Shown: one piece after another, positions 17,799-27,380 of the stretch | Numbering within the stretch: the stretch's first letter is position 1 | Layout of the letters: every line of letters starts with the position of its first letter | Sequence record: MN158212.1 | Origin: Escherichia phage BEK1-1 | DNA: 44,592 nt | Reading direction: 5' to 3' (one strand) | Notes under the pieces: model-generated | Told to the model about the DNA's origin: nothing | Database searches by the model: none | Seen by the model: the letters and a program-made list of their open reading frames with translations, nothing else | Program-made: the position numbers and the translations under genes

Positions 17799-18743
17799 TT
17801 AGATTAAGGTAATACCTTTGATTACGGCCATCGTCAGAGGGCGATAAACGATCAAACCTGTAGCTTTTGATGTTACAGGGTACTTAAAGTGCAAGTCCTT
17901 AGGTTGTCCTGGAAGAACGTTGGTAGCTTCCGGAATCTCGATAGACATATTGAGTGGACTCTTCTCAAACGCCAGAGCAGCCTTACCACCTGCGCCATCG
18001 TAGTTGTCCAGGAACTGCAAGAAACGAATGGTCAAACCTGGGTTATTACGAGTGAACAGTTCACCGTAGCTCAAATTTGTCTGCGGAACCAGTTGCTGCA
18101 TAATTCGACGAGCAGAGGCCGGAAGCAGAATGTCAGTCACATGATGGAGGCCCTGTGTTGAAGTCTCAACTGCGTCAATCATCGCGGTGATATCATCAAT
18201 TGCGTTGTCCGGAATATTCCAACTTGGAGTTGCAACAACGTTGTTGATGTTCGGCTGGTCGAATACGCTCACGATGCCGTGCGGGGCGGAACCAGACCAC
18301 ACCAGTTTATCCAGCAGGTTGTCGTGCGCTTCGAAAGCCAGGGCTTGCTTGCGAGTCGACAGGGACTGACCAGTTGCGGCGCCAGCTTTAATTTCATCAA
18401 TAGAAATCAGGAATGCGTTACCGAAACGGAACACTTTGCCTTGTTTCTCGTTCATAAACGCATCAACCAGCGGCAAGTCGTCAGAGTAATCAGCGATAAT
18501 CTGAGCAATGCCAGCACCATCAAATTCTGGGTATTCGAAATACTTCGCGTGACCAGGAATTTCATTTGTTACAGGGAAGATATTAACAACTGAGTTTTCT
18601 GCGTATTCTTTTTCGTAAGCACGGTTCAGAGCAGCGGTAAGCTGGCTAACGGTCCAGATACCAGCGGCATCAGCTTTTTCTACGCCCATTTGCTCGAGGT
18701 GAGCAGTGATTTTTGCTTGTTCTGCGTCAAATTTAATGGCCAT
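17799..18743 (-). CDS. major capsid protein
   Basis: 314 aa; position after scaffold and decoration-like genes; flanked by terminators and a TATAAT-containing promoter. Confidence 0.65.
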   Translation of the reverse strand: MAIKFDAEQAKITAHLEQMGVEKADAAGIWTVSQLTAALNRAYEKEYAENSVVNIFPVTNEIPGHAKYFEYPEFDGAGIAQIIADYSDDLPLVDAFMNEKQGKVFRFGNAFLISIDEIKAGAATGQSLSTRKQALAFEAHDNLLDKLVWSGSAPHGIVSVFDQPNINNVVATPSWNIPDNAIDDITAMIDAVETSTQGLHHVTDILLPASARRIMQQLVPQTNLSYGELFTRNNPGLTIRFLQFLDNYDGAGGKAALAFEKSPLNMSIEIPEATNVLPGQPKDLHFKYPVTSKATGLIVYRPLTMAVIKGITLI

Positions 18744-18759
18744 TCTTTATTGTTCCTTT

Positions 18760-18800
18760 TCAGTTATGTGTCTACGGATTCATTATACACGAGTTTTTAA
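18760..18800 (-). promoter_or_regulatory. sigma70-like promoter (TTGCGT, 16 nt, TATAAT) in front of the capsid gene
   Basis: Reverse complement reads TTGCGTGGGTTAAAAACTCGTGTATAATG. Confidence 0.45.
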
Positions 18801-18813
18801 CCCACGCAATGGT

Positions 18814-18840
18814 GTAAAAAAACCTCCCGAAGGAGGCTTT
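18814..18840 (-). terminator. intrinsic terminator upstream of the capsid promoter
   Basis: Minus strand CCTCC-TTCG-GGAGG followed by TTTTTTT. Confidence 0.65.
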
Positions 18841-18854
18841 ATATATCTTAATTG

Positions 18855-19349
18855 TTAAGCTGCAGCAGTTGATTTTGCGGATTGAGTAAGCTGAACTTCA
18901 ACTAGTGCGCCATCAACGCTAAGGTCTTGCGGGTGTGTGCCAGTGTTTTTGATGTAACCACCCGCAAAAGTCCATCCAGTGTCAATCGTGCCTGAATCTT
19001 CAACCAATCCAGTGGTAGAAACTTTAACTGGTTGGCCAAACGTTGGTGCAGAAGTAAGTTTTGAGCGAACCCAGATTCTACCGTGAGTCATTACGTTAAC
19101 CGCTTCATTTACGCGAGCAGTTCCATCCGGGGTCTCATAATGAGAGCGAACAACCACACCGAGAGCATTACCCGCAGTGAGGCCGGTCGCTTCCACAAGC
19201 TTGTGGCCATCTACAGACTGAGCGGTTGTGAATTTAACAACAGTGCCAGCAGGAATTGGTGCTGCACCGCCAACCACACAAGCACCGTCGATGTTATAGA
19301 GCGAAGTATCAGAAATCATACCAGCCAGTGCTACGGAACGAATTGCCAT
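18855..19349 (-). CDS. head decoration-like protein (tentative)
   Basis: 164 aa, Gly/Thr/Val-rich; lies between scaffold and capsid genes, as lambda D does. Confidence 0.35.
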   Translation of the reverse strand: MAIRSVALAGMISDTSLYNIDGACVVGGAAPIPAGTVVKFTTAQSVDGHKLVEATGLTAGNALGVVVRSHYETPDGTARVNEAVNVMTHGRIWVRSKLTSAPTFGQPVKVSTTGLVEDSGTIDTGWTFAGGYIKNTGTHPQDLSVDGALVEVQLTQSAKSTAAA

Positions 19350-19361
19350 GTTTATAACTCC

Positions 19362-20447
19362 TTATTTCTTAATTTTAGCTAAACGAGCTCGTGGGTCTAA
19401 TTTCTTAGGCTCATCGGCGCTGTCAGATTTGTCGGAAGCGGTAGTCGCTTTACGTACTTCAGCCATTTTATCAGATTCTTTGGCAATGTCGAACGCTGCG
19501 TCGATGTACGCGTCAGACTTCTCGGAAACATCAAGGCCGGAGATTTCTTTAACGTAAGCCACTTTAATGCCTTTAGCATCCAGACCGTCAGCCTTAACAC
19601 CAGCTTCAGCAGCAACAGCAATCAGGGCGGCCAGGGCATCAGCGTCAGCTTTCGCTTTAGCAACGGCAGCTTCGATTTCAGCAGGCATTGCATCAACTTT
19701 AGCTTTCAGTGCATCGCGCTCAGCAATTGCAGTGTCAGCCTTTGCGTTCAGTGCTTCGATGTGAGAGGCGACTTCAGGGGCGACCTCAAATTCCTGTGCG
19801 CCGTCGAGTTTAATCTTAATCATTTCCTGTTTATCCTCTTTATTGATATCAACGTCAGTAGTATACGGGTTTTCCTGCTCACCGTCCATATTCAATTTGG
19901 CAATGCCTGCTCTACCTCGATATACCATTGCGATATGGTTCACTTTAATGTCACGCTGAATTGCGTCGAACTCCTGCCAACCCTCTGGCGCATCGAATTG
20001 ATCACCATCAGATTTAAGTACGTACTCACCAGTAATGGGGTCACCCCAGCCAGGGGTTTCGTCAAGAATTGCAGAGTAACCAACGGATAACTCTTTAGCG
20101 TTACCTGCCCTAGCTTCCTGAATGGCTTTGTTATCGTAAACAACAATTGGGGCAACTACCGAGCTACCTAATGGTTCAGCCTTGCCAGTAACGGAACCCA
20201 CCACTACATCTTTAGCATTCTCCGAGTTAACGAAAACATGTTCTAGAGTCATTGGTTTACCCTGGTAACTAGCGAGGGATTCATCCTTGAAGACTTCCTC
20301 GGCTGGGCGAAACTCTCGAACCGTTCGACCGTCTTCCATGTAGTAGACTTGCACGCCTAGGCGTGCGACTACTGGTGTGTCGACTAGAAATCCATTCTCG
20401 TCTATTGTCGCCTTGAACTTTGCGCTGTCATAGCGGATTTTACTCAT
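19362..20447 (-). CDS. prohead scaffolding / maturation protein (tentative)
   Basis: 361 aa; C-terminal third is Ala/Lys/Asp/Glu-rich coiled coil typical of scaffolds; position between Mu-F-like and capsid genes. Confidence 0.45.
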   Translation of the reverse strand: MSKIRYDSAKFKATIDENGFLVDTPVVARLGVQVYYMEDGRTVREFRPAEEVFKDESLASYQGKPMTLEHVFVNSENAKDVVVGSVTGKAEPLGSSVVAPIVVYDNKAIQEARAGNAKELSVGYSAILDETPGWGDPITGEYVLKSDGDQFDAPEGWQEFDAIQRDIKVNHIAMVYRGRAGIAKLNMDGEQENPYTTDVDINKEDKQEMIKIKLDGAQEFEVAPEVASHIEALNAKADTAIAERDALKAKVDAMPAEIEAAVAKAKADADALAALIAVAAEAGVKADGLDAKGIKVAYVKEISGLDVSEKSDAYIDAAFDIAKESDKMAEVRKATTASDKSDSADEPKKLDPRARLAKIKK

Positions 20448-20456
20448 CTAATTCTC

Positions 20457-21188
20457 CTATTGTGATTCCCAATCTGGAACCGACCAGCAACGACAGCCGT
20501 ATTCTTGGCCTGGAAATATATCGTTACCACCTAGTTTAAAGCTAAGGCCCTCTCTCGCTATATGCGATTGGCGCTCCCTATCATCCAGCATGCCATGCCA
20601 GATGTAACGGCTAACACCAGCATCCTCAAGTCTGCGTCTCATAAGTGTGGAATTCAGACTTGAAACAATCCCAGACGCGATGTTTGCCGTTCGCTTTCTG
20701 TATGTTTTGTACCTATCTGATAACTTAACGTAATCCCCATTCTGTATTGTTGCGGCCGTCTGCAAGAAATCATCTTTAATGTTATTCAGTAATTTAATCA
20801 CTGACTTATCCGTGGTGTAAATCCACTGATTAAGGTCATCATTATACCACGGCTCACCACCATTGATGCCGTTAACCTCAAGGTTCAGAACGCTAGGATT
20901 GGACCTTCCTCCGGTCTTTATTGCAAGCGCAAGAAATTGCGAGCTATTGTATCTGTATATCGCCGCCCCTATAGCCGGGATGGTTGATATAAATGACGCC
21001 ACCAATGCAGAAATTATCCCCTCAAGATATCCATCCTCCTCCCCTAGCTCCTCTGCAGTATCAATTCTAAGCCTTGTTGCTGACTCCTTCATTGCTGAAA
21101 TTAACTCAGTTACCGCAATGCTGAGATTGCGGTTAACCTGGCTCTCAATTGTCTGCGGATACTTCCAGCGGGTCGTTACTGGTTTCAC
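20457..21188 (-). CDS. minor head protein (Mu gpF / SPP1 gp7-like head morphogenesis)
   Basis: 243 aa; position immediately after portal; C-terminal ...WHGMLDDRERQSHIAREG...YGCRCW. Confidence 0.5.
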   Translation of the reverse strand: MKPVTTRWKYPQTIESQVNRNLSIAVTELISAMKESATRLRIDTAEELGEEDGYLEGIISALVASFISTIPAIGAAIYRYNSSQFLALAIKTGGRSNPSVLNLEVNGINGGEPWYNDDLNQWIYTTDKSVIKLLNNIKDDFLQTAATIQNGDYVKLSDRYKTYRKRTANIASGIVSSLNSTLMRRRLEDAGVSRYIWHGMLDDRERQSHIAREGLSFKLGGNDIFPGQEYGCRCWSVPDWESQ

Positions 21189-22413
21189 TAATCGTCACCT
21201 CTGTCTCTACTGAACCGTCACTAATCTTAACCTCTGGAGCGATTGCGCGCAATGTATCTCTCGCTTCGTCAATATCCATAGCGCCAGATGCAATTAGCGT
21301 CGCGATGCTGCTTACGTTCTTCTCCAGAATATCCGCTTTACCCTTGCTGGACTCTTGCGCTAAAGGATTAAACTCAACTGACCATTTGTCAACGTTAACA
21401 ATGAACGGAATCAGGAACCCGAGAATCGGCAGTAGTTCAGCGTTACGCTTGCGATCGACTAGCTTATGGAATGTCTCTAGCGCCGTATTCTGGCTGGATG
21501 ACACACCACCAACGTTCTTGTTCTTTAGGATGATTTCATGAATACCGCTCAGAGCAACGATTCTGTCAAACTTCTTATCCAGGAACGCATCAATCCCGCC
21601 AATATCAGAGTTCAGAACGCTGTATTCTTCAGACTCTGCATCAATGCCAATCGCCTGGCCAACGCCGCTATTGTTATCAACCTGTGCAAGTCGTAATCGA
21701 GCAGCGCCAAATCCCTCACTATCGTCACATAACTCAGCCAGTCCTTTCGCTTTCCATACCGCTTGCTGCTTGCGCTTCAGTAACTGCGTAGCAAGTCGTT
21801 CGCAGTTGGTGTAATCCTTAATTGAGTCAAGAATGTCACTGGAGAGAACGCTGCGGCCCCAGCCATCATTCTGCCGACGCATTGCGTTAGGTACTCGCTC
21901 ACCGTCAATGATGTGAATGCGACTGTAATGCACATCGTAGAACATATCTCTTTCGTTTGTGGTGATGCGATAGGTTAGCGGCTTACCAAAGCGCGCGTTG
22001 CGTGGGTTCTCCTCGCGAGTTTGTACTTTTACTTGCGTGCGGTCGTAAACGCGGACAGTTTCAAGTTCGGAACCCTCTCTGACCGGACTTGTTAGCGCCC
22101 TATTGTCCTTAACGATAGCGACAATTGCCGCCCCACCGAATAATCTAGCCCACGACCAGGCTTCATTGATGTGCTTTGTTAGTTCTAGATAGTCCCAGCG
22201 CGACCAGAATGCAGGCTCATCATCAATACCATCAATGTGGAATCCTGCCGCTAATGCTGTTTCCGGGATTGTATCAACGATTCGACGCACCAGCGCATTA
22301 TCCGCATAAAGCGAAGCCAGAATTGTAGGGGATTGGCTCTGCAAACTCCCGTAAATCTCACTACCATCACTGCCGCCTAGAAAGATACTGGCGTAGCTGT
22401 CTGTCTTAACCAT
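21145..22413 (-). CDS. portal protein
   Basis: Start at internal ATG (MVKTDSY...) after GGAG; about 422 aa; directly downstream of terminase large subunit. Confidence 0.75.
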   Translation of the reverse strand: MVKTDSYASIFLGGSDGSEIYGSLQSQSPTILASLYADNALVRRIVDTIPETALAAGFHIDGIDDEPAFWSRWDYLELTKHINEAWSWARLFGGAAIVAIVKDNRALTSPVREGSELETVRVYDRTQVKVQTREENPRNARFGKPLTYRITTNERDMFYDVHYSRIHIIDGERVPNAMRRQNDGWGRSVLSSDILDSIKDYTNCERLATQLLKRKQQAVWKAKGLAELCDDSEGFGAARLRLAQVDNNSGVGQAIGIDAESEEYSVLNSDIGGIDAFLDKKFDRIVALSGIHEIILKNKNVGGVSSSQNTALETFHKLVDRKRNAELLPILGFLIPFIVNVDKWSVEFNPLAQESSKGKADILEKNVSSIATLIASGAMDIDEARDTLRAIAPEVKISDGSVETEVTISETSNDPLEVSADN

Positions 22414-22429
22414 GTTTTTCTCCAATAGA

Positions 22430-22450
22430 AAAGCCCCATATAGGGGCTTA
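22430..22450 (-). terminator. hairpin with short T-run between terminase and portal genes (weak)
   Basis: Minus strand AAGCCCC-TATAT-GGGGCTT followed by TTCTATT. Confidence 0.3.
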
Positions 22451-22461
22451 GTTTATCACGG

Positions 22462-24027
22462 CTATTTAATTCCCGCTATGCGCATTAGTCGCGCTTTAGG
22501 ATCATCAGCAATGTTAAGCACCAGGTTTATTGCCATTGTCATGGTATCAATTTGGTCGTCGTGTTTGTGTGAGTCGTCAGCAGTAAAAGACGCAATCTCC
22601 GTAAGCAATCCATTTAGCCACGGCGCAGACTCCGGTAGAACCACGTTACCAGCCTTAATCTGCGGCAGGGCGCTCATCACCCTGGTTAGCTTGTCGCTAT
22701 CCGGAGCGTATGGCTCTATCGGTGTTCGCATAACCCTGCCAGCTGATTGAATCAGGCCGATACCAGAGGCTTTCTTCTCGATAATAATCTTTCGGAGGAT
22801 GCCATCCGACTGACTGGTTGCCCTTGATTTCTTCTCGAAGTCCAGTAATTCAGCCTCTAATTCTGGAGCCTCCCATTTACCCCTACGCTGGTCTATCAGG
22901 TAAATCTTAGCATCCTTATAGCCCCACAACTGAAGTACAGAGAAGTCACTATAACTCTTCGTGGTCATCGCAGTATCGCAAGTTATGAATCTATAATCGT
23001 ACTTGGCTGGAGGCCTGAATGTATCACTAAGACGCTGGAACCAGTCTACGTTAATCAGGTTGCCACCAAGTGCCACTGGTTCTTGTTGATACTGGCTGAG
23101 AAAAGTGTACGGGTCACTATCCCACATCGCAACCAGGTCGTTTACTGACTCCTTTTTTGGGAAGTAACTATAGTACTTTACGCCATCTCTCTCAATGCAC
23201 TCACTGCTTAAAACGTCTTCCGCAAACTGGTCTTTAATCCAGTCAGGTAGCGAGTCGATGTAATCCTCAGTAACTAGCGCTGGTATCTTAATCAAGTCAA
23301 AATCGATGCCCATCCCACCTTCCATCATGAACCATGTTGAGTCATTGACGTGCAAGCGCTGCTGTATAGAAATGATTGGTGTTGCCTTTCCTTTTACAGA
23401 GCTAGCGCGACGTGATCGAATTGTGTTCTTAAGCATTACGTGGTTGTTAGCTCGATAAACCGGAGAAAGCATATCTGCGGGCTTATCGAAATCATCTAAC
23501 AACACCGCACCACTGTAATTTTCAGTTATGTAGCCACCGCGAGCACCAGTAATCTGGCCTCCAGCCGCCTTTGATATTGACTCAAACCTAACCTTTCCGC
23601 TCTCATCAAGAACCTGAAGCTCATCATCCTTGCATGTGCCAAACTTGCAAGGCCAGAGTGATTGAAATTCTTGAGACTTGATAAGGTCACGTACGCGCTT
23701 CGAGTTACGCTTTACCAGTGAGTCTGCAAATGAGATGTTAAGGTTTCTAACCTTCTTCAGCTTAACCATTGAGTAGGCTGGAAAGTGTATCGATGCAATC
23801 TCTGTCTTGCCGCTACCAGGCGCTATATTGATAATAGTGTCCTTACGTTCTCCTGCGATAATCTCGTCAATGATTCTGCACAAGTACTTGTGATGCCAGT
23901 TAGGGATGTATCGCTCGCCTTGCGTGATCTGGAACCAACAACGAAGGAAACCCTCGAAGCTGTGTTCTGATATCGCCTTGACGGCCATCTTTTCCTGAAT
24001 GGTCATTTCTTCCCATACCAAAGACAT
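22462..24027 (-). CDS. terminase large subunit
   Basis: 521 aa; P-loop-like ...IAPGSGKT..., Walker-B-like ...VLLDDFDK..., acidic C-terminal nuclease-like region; position. Confidence 0.8.
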   Translation of the reverse strand: MSLVWEEMTIQEKMAVKAISEHSFEGFLRCWFQITQGERYIPNWHHKYLCRIIDEIIAGERKDTIINIAPGSGKTEIASIHFPAYSMVKLKKVRNLNISFADSLVKRNSKRVRDLIKSQEFQSLWPCKFGTCKDDELQVLDESGKVRFESISKAAGGQITGARGGYITENYSGAVLLDDFDKPADMLSPVYRANNHVMLKNTIRSRRASSVKGKATPIISIQQRLHVNDSTWFMMEGGMGIDFDLIKIPALVTEDYIDSLPDWIKDQFAEDVLSSECIERDGVKYYSYFPKKESVNDLVAMWDSDPYTFLSQYQQEPVALGGNLINVDWFQRLSDTFRPPAKYDYRFITCDTAMTTKSYSDFSVLQLWGYKDAKIYLIDQRRGKWEAPELEAELLDFEKKSRATSQSDGILRKIIIEKKASGIGLIQSAGRVMRTPIEPYAPDSDKLTRVMSALPQIKAGNVVLPESAPWLNGLLTEIASFTADDSHKHDDQIDTMTMAINLVLNIADDPKARLMRIAGIK

Positions 24028-24044
24028 GTTATACCCTCTTATTG

Positions 24045-24551
24045 TTATAGCTTACCAATCACAGACTCCAGCGCTTCCTTCATGCTATCAACGTCGTTAG
24101 CTGTGGAGTTATTGCTAATTGTAATCTCCTGCGGCTTATCAATCCCTAACTCTTTACCAACGATTGTGGAGCTGATGATGCCTGCAACGCCAAGCTGATA
24201 CTTCTGCTCATAAATTACGTTATCAATGAATTCCATCACATCAGAGTATCCAGCCTCAGTACGCCAGCGTGCGAATCTATTTATATTAACTCCCATGAAT
24301 AGCGCCAGCCCGGTTAATGTGAACACTCGCGGCTTGTGTACAAGGTTTTCACTAACAACGCCCTGGAAAGCCGCCGTCTCAATAGCTTTGATTGCCTCAC
24401 TCTCTGCCCATGAGAAGTATCGAACAGCGAAATCAAAAACTTCCTCGGGAGTGTACTTGCGGTTGATTGCCACCATGGCAATATCGCCATACTTCTTGTT
24501 GTATAGCGCCTTGAAATTTCCCTCACCCATTTTTAATGCTGCTTTGCTCAT
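24045..24551 (-). CDS. terminase small subunit (probable)
   Basis: 168 aa immediately upstream of the large subunit; ...FTLTGLALFMGVNINRFARW... resembles the helix-turn-helix DNA-binding region of small subunits. Confidence 0.6.
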   Translation of the reverse strand: MSKAALKMGEGNFKALYNKKYGDIAMVAINRKYTPEEVFDFAVRYFSWAESEAIKAIETAAFQGVVSENLVHKPRVFTLTGLALFMGVNINRFARWRTEAGYSDVMEFIDNVIYEQKYQLGVAGIISSTIVGKELGIDKPQEITISNNSTANDVDSMKEALESVIGKL

Positions 24552-24564
24552 AAATCCTCCTTTG

Positions 24565-24590
24565 TTGAGGTCAGATTATACCATATTACA
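24565..24590 (-). promoter_or_regulatory. TATAAT -10 element upstream of the small-terminase gene
   Basis: Reverse complement reads ...GTAATATGGTATAATCTGACC... just downstream of a terminator. Confidence 0.35.
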
Positions 24591-24593
24591 TAC

Positions 24594-24618
24594 GAAAAAA
24601 AGCCCTCAAGCGAGGGCT
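24594..24618 (-). terminator. intrinsic terminator between the early small gene and the terminase genes
   Basis: Minus strand GCCCTC-GCTT-GAGGGC followed by TTTTTTTCG. Confidence 0.7.
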
Positions 24619-24662
24619 AAAAACAACGAGAGAAACGAAACTTAACAGGGGTATAACACTTT

Positions 24663-24845
24663 TTACTTTCGCTCACGAACGTAAGCTACAAGGAATTTGT
24701 GAGTATCAGGGTCAGCGCCTGACATCTCTTTTACTTTCGCTACCGCATCCTCAGCGCTGATTGCGGCAACTGACGCGATATAATCTTGAGTACAATTCTT
24801 GCACAAGCGGCCCATTAAGCGAATGGACAACTTCACATCCCACAT
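24663..24845 (-). CDS. hypothetical protein (60 aa)
   Basis: AAGGAG RBS 7 nt before the ATG; begins 16 nt after the tRNA 3' end. Confidence 0.45.
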   Translation of the reverse strand: MWDVKLSIRLMGRLCKNCTQDYIASVAAISAEDAVAKVKEMSGADPDTHKFLVAYVRERK

Positions 24846-24860
24846 AATGAACTCCTTTAT

Positions 24861-24938
24861 TGGCGCTCCGCACTGGATTCGAACCAGTAACCTACGACTT
24901 AGAAGGTCGTTGCTACTATCCTATTGAGCTAGCAGAGC
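24861..24938 (-). tRNA. tRNA-Arg (anticodon UCU)
   Basis: Minus strand reads GCTCTGC...TAGCTCAATAGGATAG...ACGACCTTCTAAGTCGT...CTGGTTCGAATCCAG...GCGGAGC-G-CCA; acceptor stem pairs 7/7 (one G-U); anticodon loop CT-TCT-AA; T-loop GGTTCGAATCC. Confidence 0.85.
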
Positions 24939-25161
24939 CTTGAATGAGTCCCGGTTACGGCTCCGGGGCTGCCTGATACAGCCGATTAATCTGCCTATTT
25001 GCGCTAGGTCTTAATGCCGCATGCGCTACTTAATGAGCAGCGGACTTAGTAGTTGCGCTCCGTGCGCCGTTACCACTTGGTGGTCTCGTTTGTCTACGAA
25101 ATTAATATTAGATACTTCCACTCAGAGATGCAAGTCCTTTTTAACAATTGCGGTCTGACTG

Positions 25162-25416
25162 TTAGTTTTTTGAGCTTCTAATCCTTTGAAGCCTTTCGTA
25201 TGCAATCTCATCGAGCAGGCCACGACAAATCATCATATCCACCTTGCTGTTCTCGACGTGCTTGCATTTCTTGCATATTAGCTTCGTTTTGGAGCCATCC
25301 AAACAGTAAGCATCCTCGAACCATTTAATATCACGAAAGTAAACGTAATGATGCTTCTTGCAACCGTGCAAAATCTGCCTAAATGTTCTCATGCTGCCAC
25401 CATAAAGTAAGCCCAA
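25162..25416 (-). CDS. hypothetical Cys/His-rich small protein (possible zinc ribbon)
   Basis: HGCKKHH...C...CKKCKH...C pattern. Confidence 0.35.
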   Translation of the reverse strand: MGLLYGGSMRTFRQILHGCKKHHYVYFRDIKWFEDAYCLDGSKTKLICKKCKHVENSKVDMMICRGLLDEIAYERLQRIRSSKN

Positions 25417-25449
25417 GTAATCAGCCCCGCGATAAACCAGATAGTAAAT

Positions 25450-25689
25450 TCACTCATAAAGACTATTCCCATTCTCGTCATGACCGACACGACCCTTAAG
25501 ATATCCACTAGTCCAAACAAAGCGATCTCGACTAATGATTGTAAAAACCGGTTCCCACATCTTAGAAATCAACGTCGCAACATGCTTATCGTCCTTACGC
25601 TGCTTTGGCGATAGCTTGCTGTACTCTTCGTTCAACTTTGCGGCCTGACGTTTAACTGCGTTGAAGTGTGCTTCTGATAATCCGAACAT
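25450..25689 (-). CDS. hypothetical protein (79 aa)
   Basis: ORF in the early small-gene array. Confidence 0.35.
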   Translation of the reverse strand: MFGLSEAHFNAVKRQAAKLNEEYSKLSPKQRKDDKHVATLISKMWEPVFTIISRDRFVWTSGYLKGRVGHDENGNSLYE

Positions 25690-25886
25690 TATAATACTCC
25701 ACCAGCAAAGACGCAGCGAGACTCAAAGCCAATAACTGGTTTAGCTATAACGCAGCGAGAATGAAAACCCATGATTCCGTTAACAACTACTTTTCTTGAA
25801 TTGAAAACTAAACCCAAAGACTCATCGTAATTATTTTCTGCGATATGTGATTTAACTTTGGTCACTTCATTTGATTTGTTGTTCAT
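25689..25886 (-). CDS. hypothetical protein (65 aa)
   Basis: Start moved to internal ATG (MNNKSNEV...), because the track start codon lies inside the promoter -10 (GGCATATAATC). Confidence 0.4.
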   Translation of the reverse strand: MNNKSNEVTKVKSHIAENNYDESLGLVFNSRKVVVNGIMGFHSRCVIAKPVIGFESRCVFAGGVL

Positions 25887-25919
25887 TTGCTCTATCTCTC
25901 TCATTGTGCTGATGTGGTG

Positions 25920-25965
25920 ATTATATGCCATCCATGGCGACTGCGTTTAGCAATTCGTGCTATTT
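25920..25965 (-). promoter_or_regulatory. box promoter (AAATAGCACGAATTGCTAAA, 20 nt, TATAAT)
   Basis: Direct reading of the reverse complement. Confidence 0.55.
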
Positions 25966-26276
25966 ATAGAATGACTTAACAAAAGCCTCAGGTGTCACGC
26001 CTTGCTTGTACGGCTTGATTAAATCCTTAATGATGAACCAGTGGAAAGTCTTCATATCAAAGACCAGTCGTTCACATGCGATAACATATTCAGTGAAGAT
26101 CATTGTTTCTTCTCCCGTTCCATCCATATTTGCGCCAGCTCGTAGTAAGCCATGGCCTCTTCGCCAGTTTTGGCTTCGTCCTGCATTCGCTTACACCACT
26201 CTACTGGGCTTTCTTGTGCTTCCATGATGAATCACCTTACTTAAATTATCGTTCGTTAGAATGCGTTTTAGGCGCG

Positions 26277-26678
26277 TTAAATCTTGTTCAATTGCTCTAG
26301 GATTTCGTACGCCATCTCTCTGGCCTGCTCCTCGGTTAAGTGGATGGTGTGAACCTGCGGCTCGTCACGCATCCCGCAAGCCTGGGCAATGATGAATGTT
26401 GCGTAGCCGTCGAAATTGTTGACTTGAAGTTTCGGCTGTGATTGGTTGAATTTTGTTTCTTTAGCAGACAAATCCACCTTAACCTCTCTCCATTGCCAAA
26501 GTAGACCATTTAATGGAACTCGTTCCCCAACCTTAAACTTTGGTTCACCATTATCAGAAAGGCAATCGCTGGTGTCTTTGCTTACAATAAATTCGCCATC
26601 TTCAGATGCGAGGCCATATACCGTCTGACCAATAGGAACTGAATCAGTGTAACTTCCTGTGCAAGTAAACTTAGTCAT
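26277..26678 (-). CDS. hypothetical protein (133 aa)
   Basis: ORF with box promoter upstream. Confidence 0.4.
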   Translation of the reverse strand: MTKFTCTGSYTDSVPIGQTVYGLASEDGEFIVSKDTSDCLSDNGEPKFKVGERVPLNGLLWQWREVKVDLSAKETKFNQSQPKLQVNNFDGYATFIIAQACGMRDEPQVHTIHLTEEQAREMAYEILEQLNKI

Positions 26679-26699
26679 TGTTGTAACCTCATATCGTTT

Positions 26700-26755
26700 C
26701 GATGGGGTAACTATAACAAATTACCCCAATACAGTTTTAGCAATTCGTGCTATTT
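26700..26755 (-). promoter_or_regulatory. box promoter (AAATAGCACGAATTGCTAAA, 20 nt, TATAGT, leader ACCCCATCGAAACGA)
   Basis: Direct reading of the reverse complement. Confidence 0.55.
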
Positions 26756-26900
26756 AGCATTCTTTGACAACTTCACACCACTTAATAGTTCCCCCAAGAA
26801 CCCTCTGCTGATCAAATGTTTTATGAAACCCATCGTACACTCGAACATGCTTAACGCTATTGAACTTTCCTGTGTAGTATGTGTGAACGTAAATCATTTG

Positions 26901-27128
26901 TTAGTCGCCTTGTGCTGATATTTTTGAGAATGCTACCATTGCTTCACCAGACATTGATCTGATAAAAACTCTTCCGCCATTTTCTTTTACGTGCATATGC
27001 ACGCCAGTCTTCGGTGACTTAACTGTAAGGATTCCGCGTTCGTTTACTACAGCAATCAACTTCATGCCTCGTCGGAATCCAAAAATATTACAAGCTCTGT
27101 AGCTTGCAAAATCAACATTTAGAATCAT
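26901..27128 (-). CDS. hypothetical protein (75 aa)
   Basis: ORF; overlaps the next gene as ATGA. Confidence 0.35.
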   Translation of the reverse strand: MILNVDFASYRACNIFGFRRGMKLIAVVNERGILTVKSPKTGVHMHVKENGGRVFIRSMSGEAMVAFSKISAQGD

Positions 27129-27352
27129 TTCTTTGTAGCCTTATCCCAATTATTAAGGTATGCCGCATTGACGCTGAATGCCTCGTACTGACGTGATGAC
27201 TCGAAGTCGCTAACGTCGAACTGCTGGTTTTTGATTTGGCCGCGAACCTCATCCACCACACTGCGTTGGCCGTCGCAGCGTGTTGGCATGAATGAGTTCA
27301 TCATGGACTTCAGCTCTGCTGCTTGCTTGTCTGACAGGTTAATAGTAATCAT
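27125..27352 (-). CDS. hypothetical protein (75 aa)
   Basis: ORF with variant box promoter upstream. Confidence 0.35.
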   Translation of the reverse strand: MITINLSDKQAAELKSMMNSFMPTRCDGQRSVVDEVRGQIKNQQFDVSDFESSRQYEAFSVNAAYLNNWDKATKK

Positions 27353-27380
27353 TTTCTATCCTCTCGTTTGGTGTGAACTA

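Noticed and set aside
24861-24938. tRNA gene as evidence of an integration site or prophage boundary
   Set aside because: No integrase, excisionase or repressor-type gene is recognisable in the window and the tRNA is complete with an encoded CCA; it is more likely a phage-encoded tRNA supplementing a rare codon.
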